Positions 63,794-64,000 of a stretch of 64,000 nt of DNA are shown piece after piece. Position 1 is the first letter of the stretch, and each line of letters begins with the position of its first letter. The translations under genes and the position numbers were made by a program. The stretch is from assembly GCA_965235115.1 (NCBI GenBank), contig OZ249436.1:50654001-50718000 (forward strand), read 5' to 3'. The notes under the pieces were generated by a model. The model had not been told where the DNA came from, made no database searches, and worked only from the letters and a program-made list of their open reading frames with translations. The stretch is from Laetmonice hystrix (Eukaryota).

Positions 63794-64000
63794 TACACTG
63801 CGATTCCTACCTTTTACTCGTAATATTTCCGGACATCTGTGTATTACATGGTATTACATTGGATGTCTCCCTGTAAGTCCTGTCCCATTCCCTCCTGAAC
63901 CACTCCGTGATCTCCCGCCTTGATTATTTGTGGCTATATCTCGATATCCTCTTGTTTAAAAAAAAGTCTTCTAGGATACCCCGTGAGGGCAAACTGGTAA

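Overview
Eukaryotic, intron-rich genomic scaffold. It is probably from a bilaterian invertebrate, inferred from GT-AG exons, CR1/L2-type and Tc1/mariner transposons, CTCF-like motifs and many minisatellites. It has five sized N-gaps. No prokaryotic operon, CRISPR array, rRNA, tRNA or snRNA could be supported. The best-supported content is: (1) a 5'-truncated CR1/L2(Crack)-like LINE with a poly(A) tail (1251-2804, minus); (2) one complete immunoglobulin domain rebuilt by hand from three phase-compatible minus-strand exons (5443-5333, 4951-4905, 4692-4554); (3) a signal-peptide first exon with a strong Kozak ATG (54798-54648, minus) that joins the Ig exon in frame, implying a ~49 kb first intron of an Ig-superfamily surface protein or receptor; (4) an internally deleted Tc1/mariner element and two other inverted-repeat elements; (5) 14 unrelated minisatellite arrays (units ~19-78 bp, ~7.9 kb, ~12% of the window). 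Most ORFs in the supplied track are repeat-, gap- or chance-derived. I did not find convincing evidence of a new biological system. The most unusual observations are a palindromic 19-bp array that presents repeated 5' splice sites on the inferred transcribed strand, several fold-back elements inside the inferred intron, and candidate alternative or nested first exons. All were read by eye without computation.
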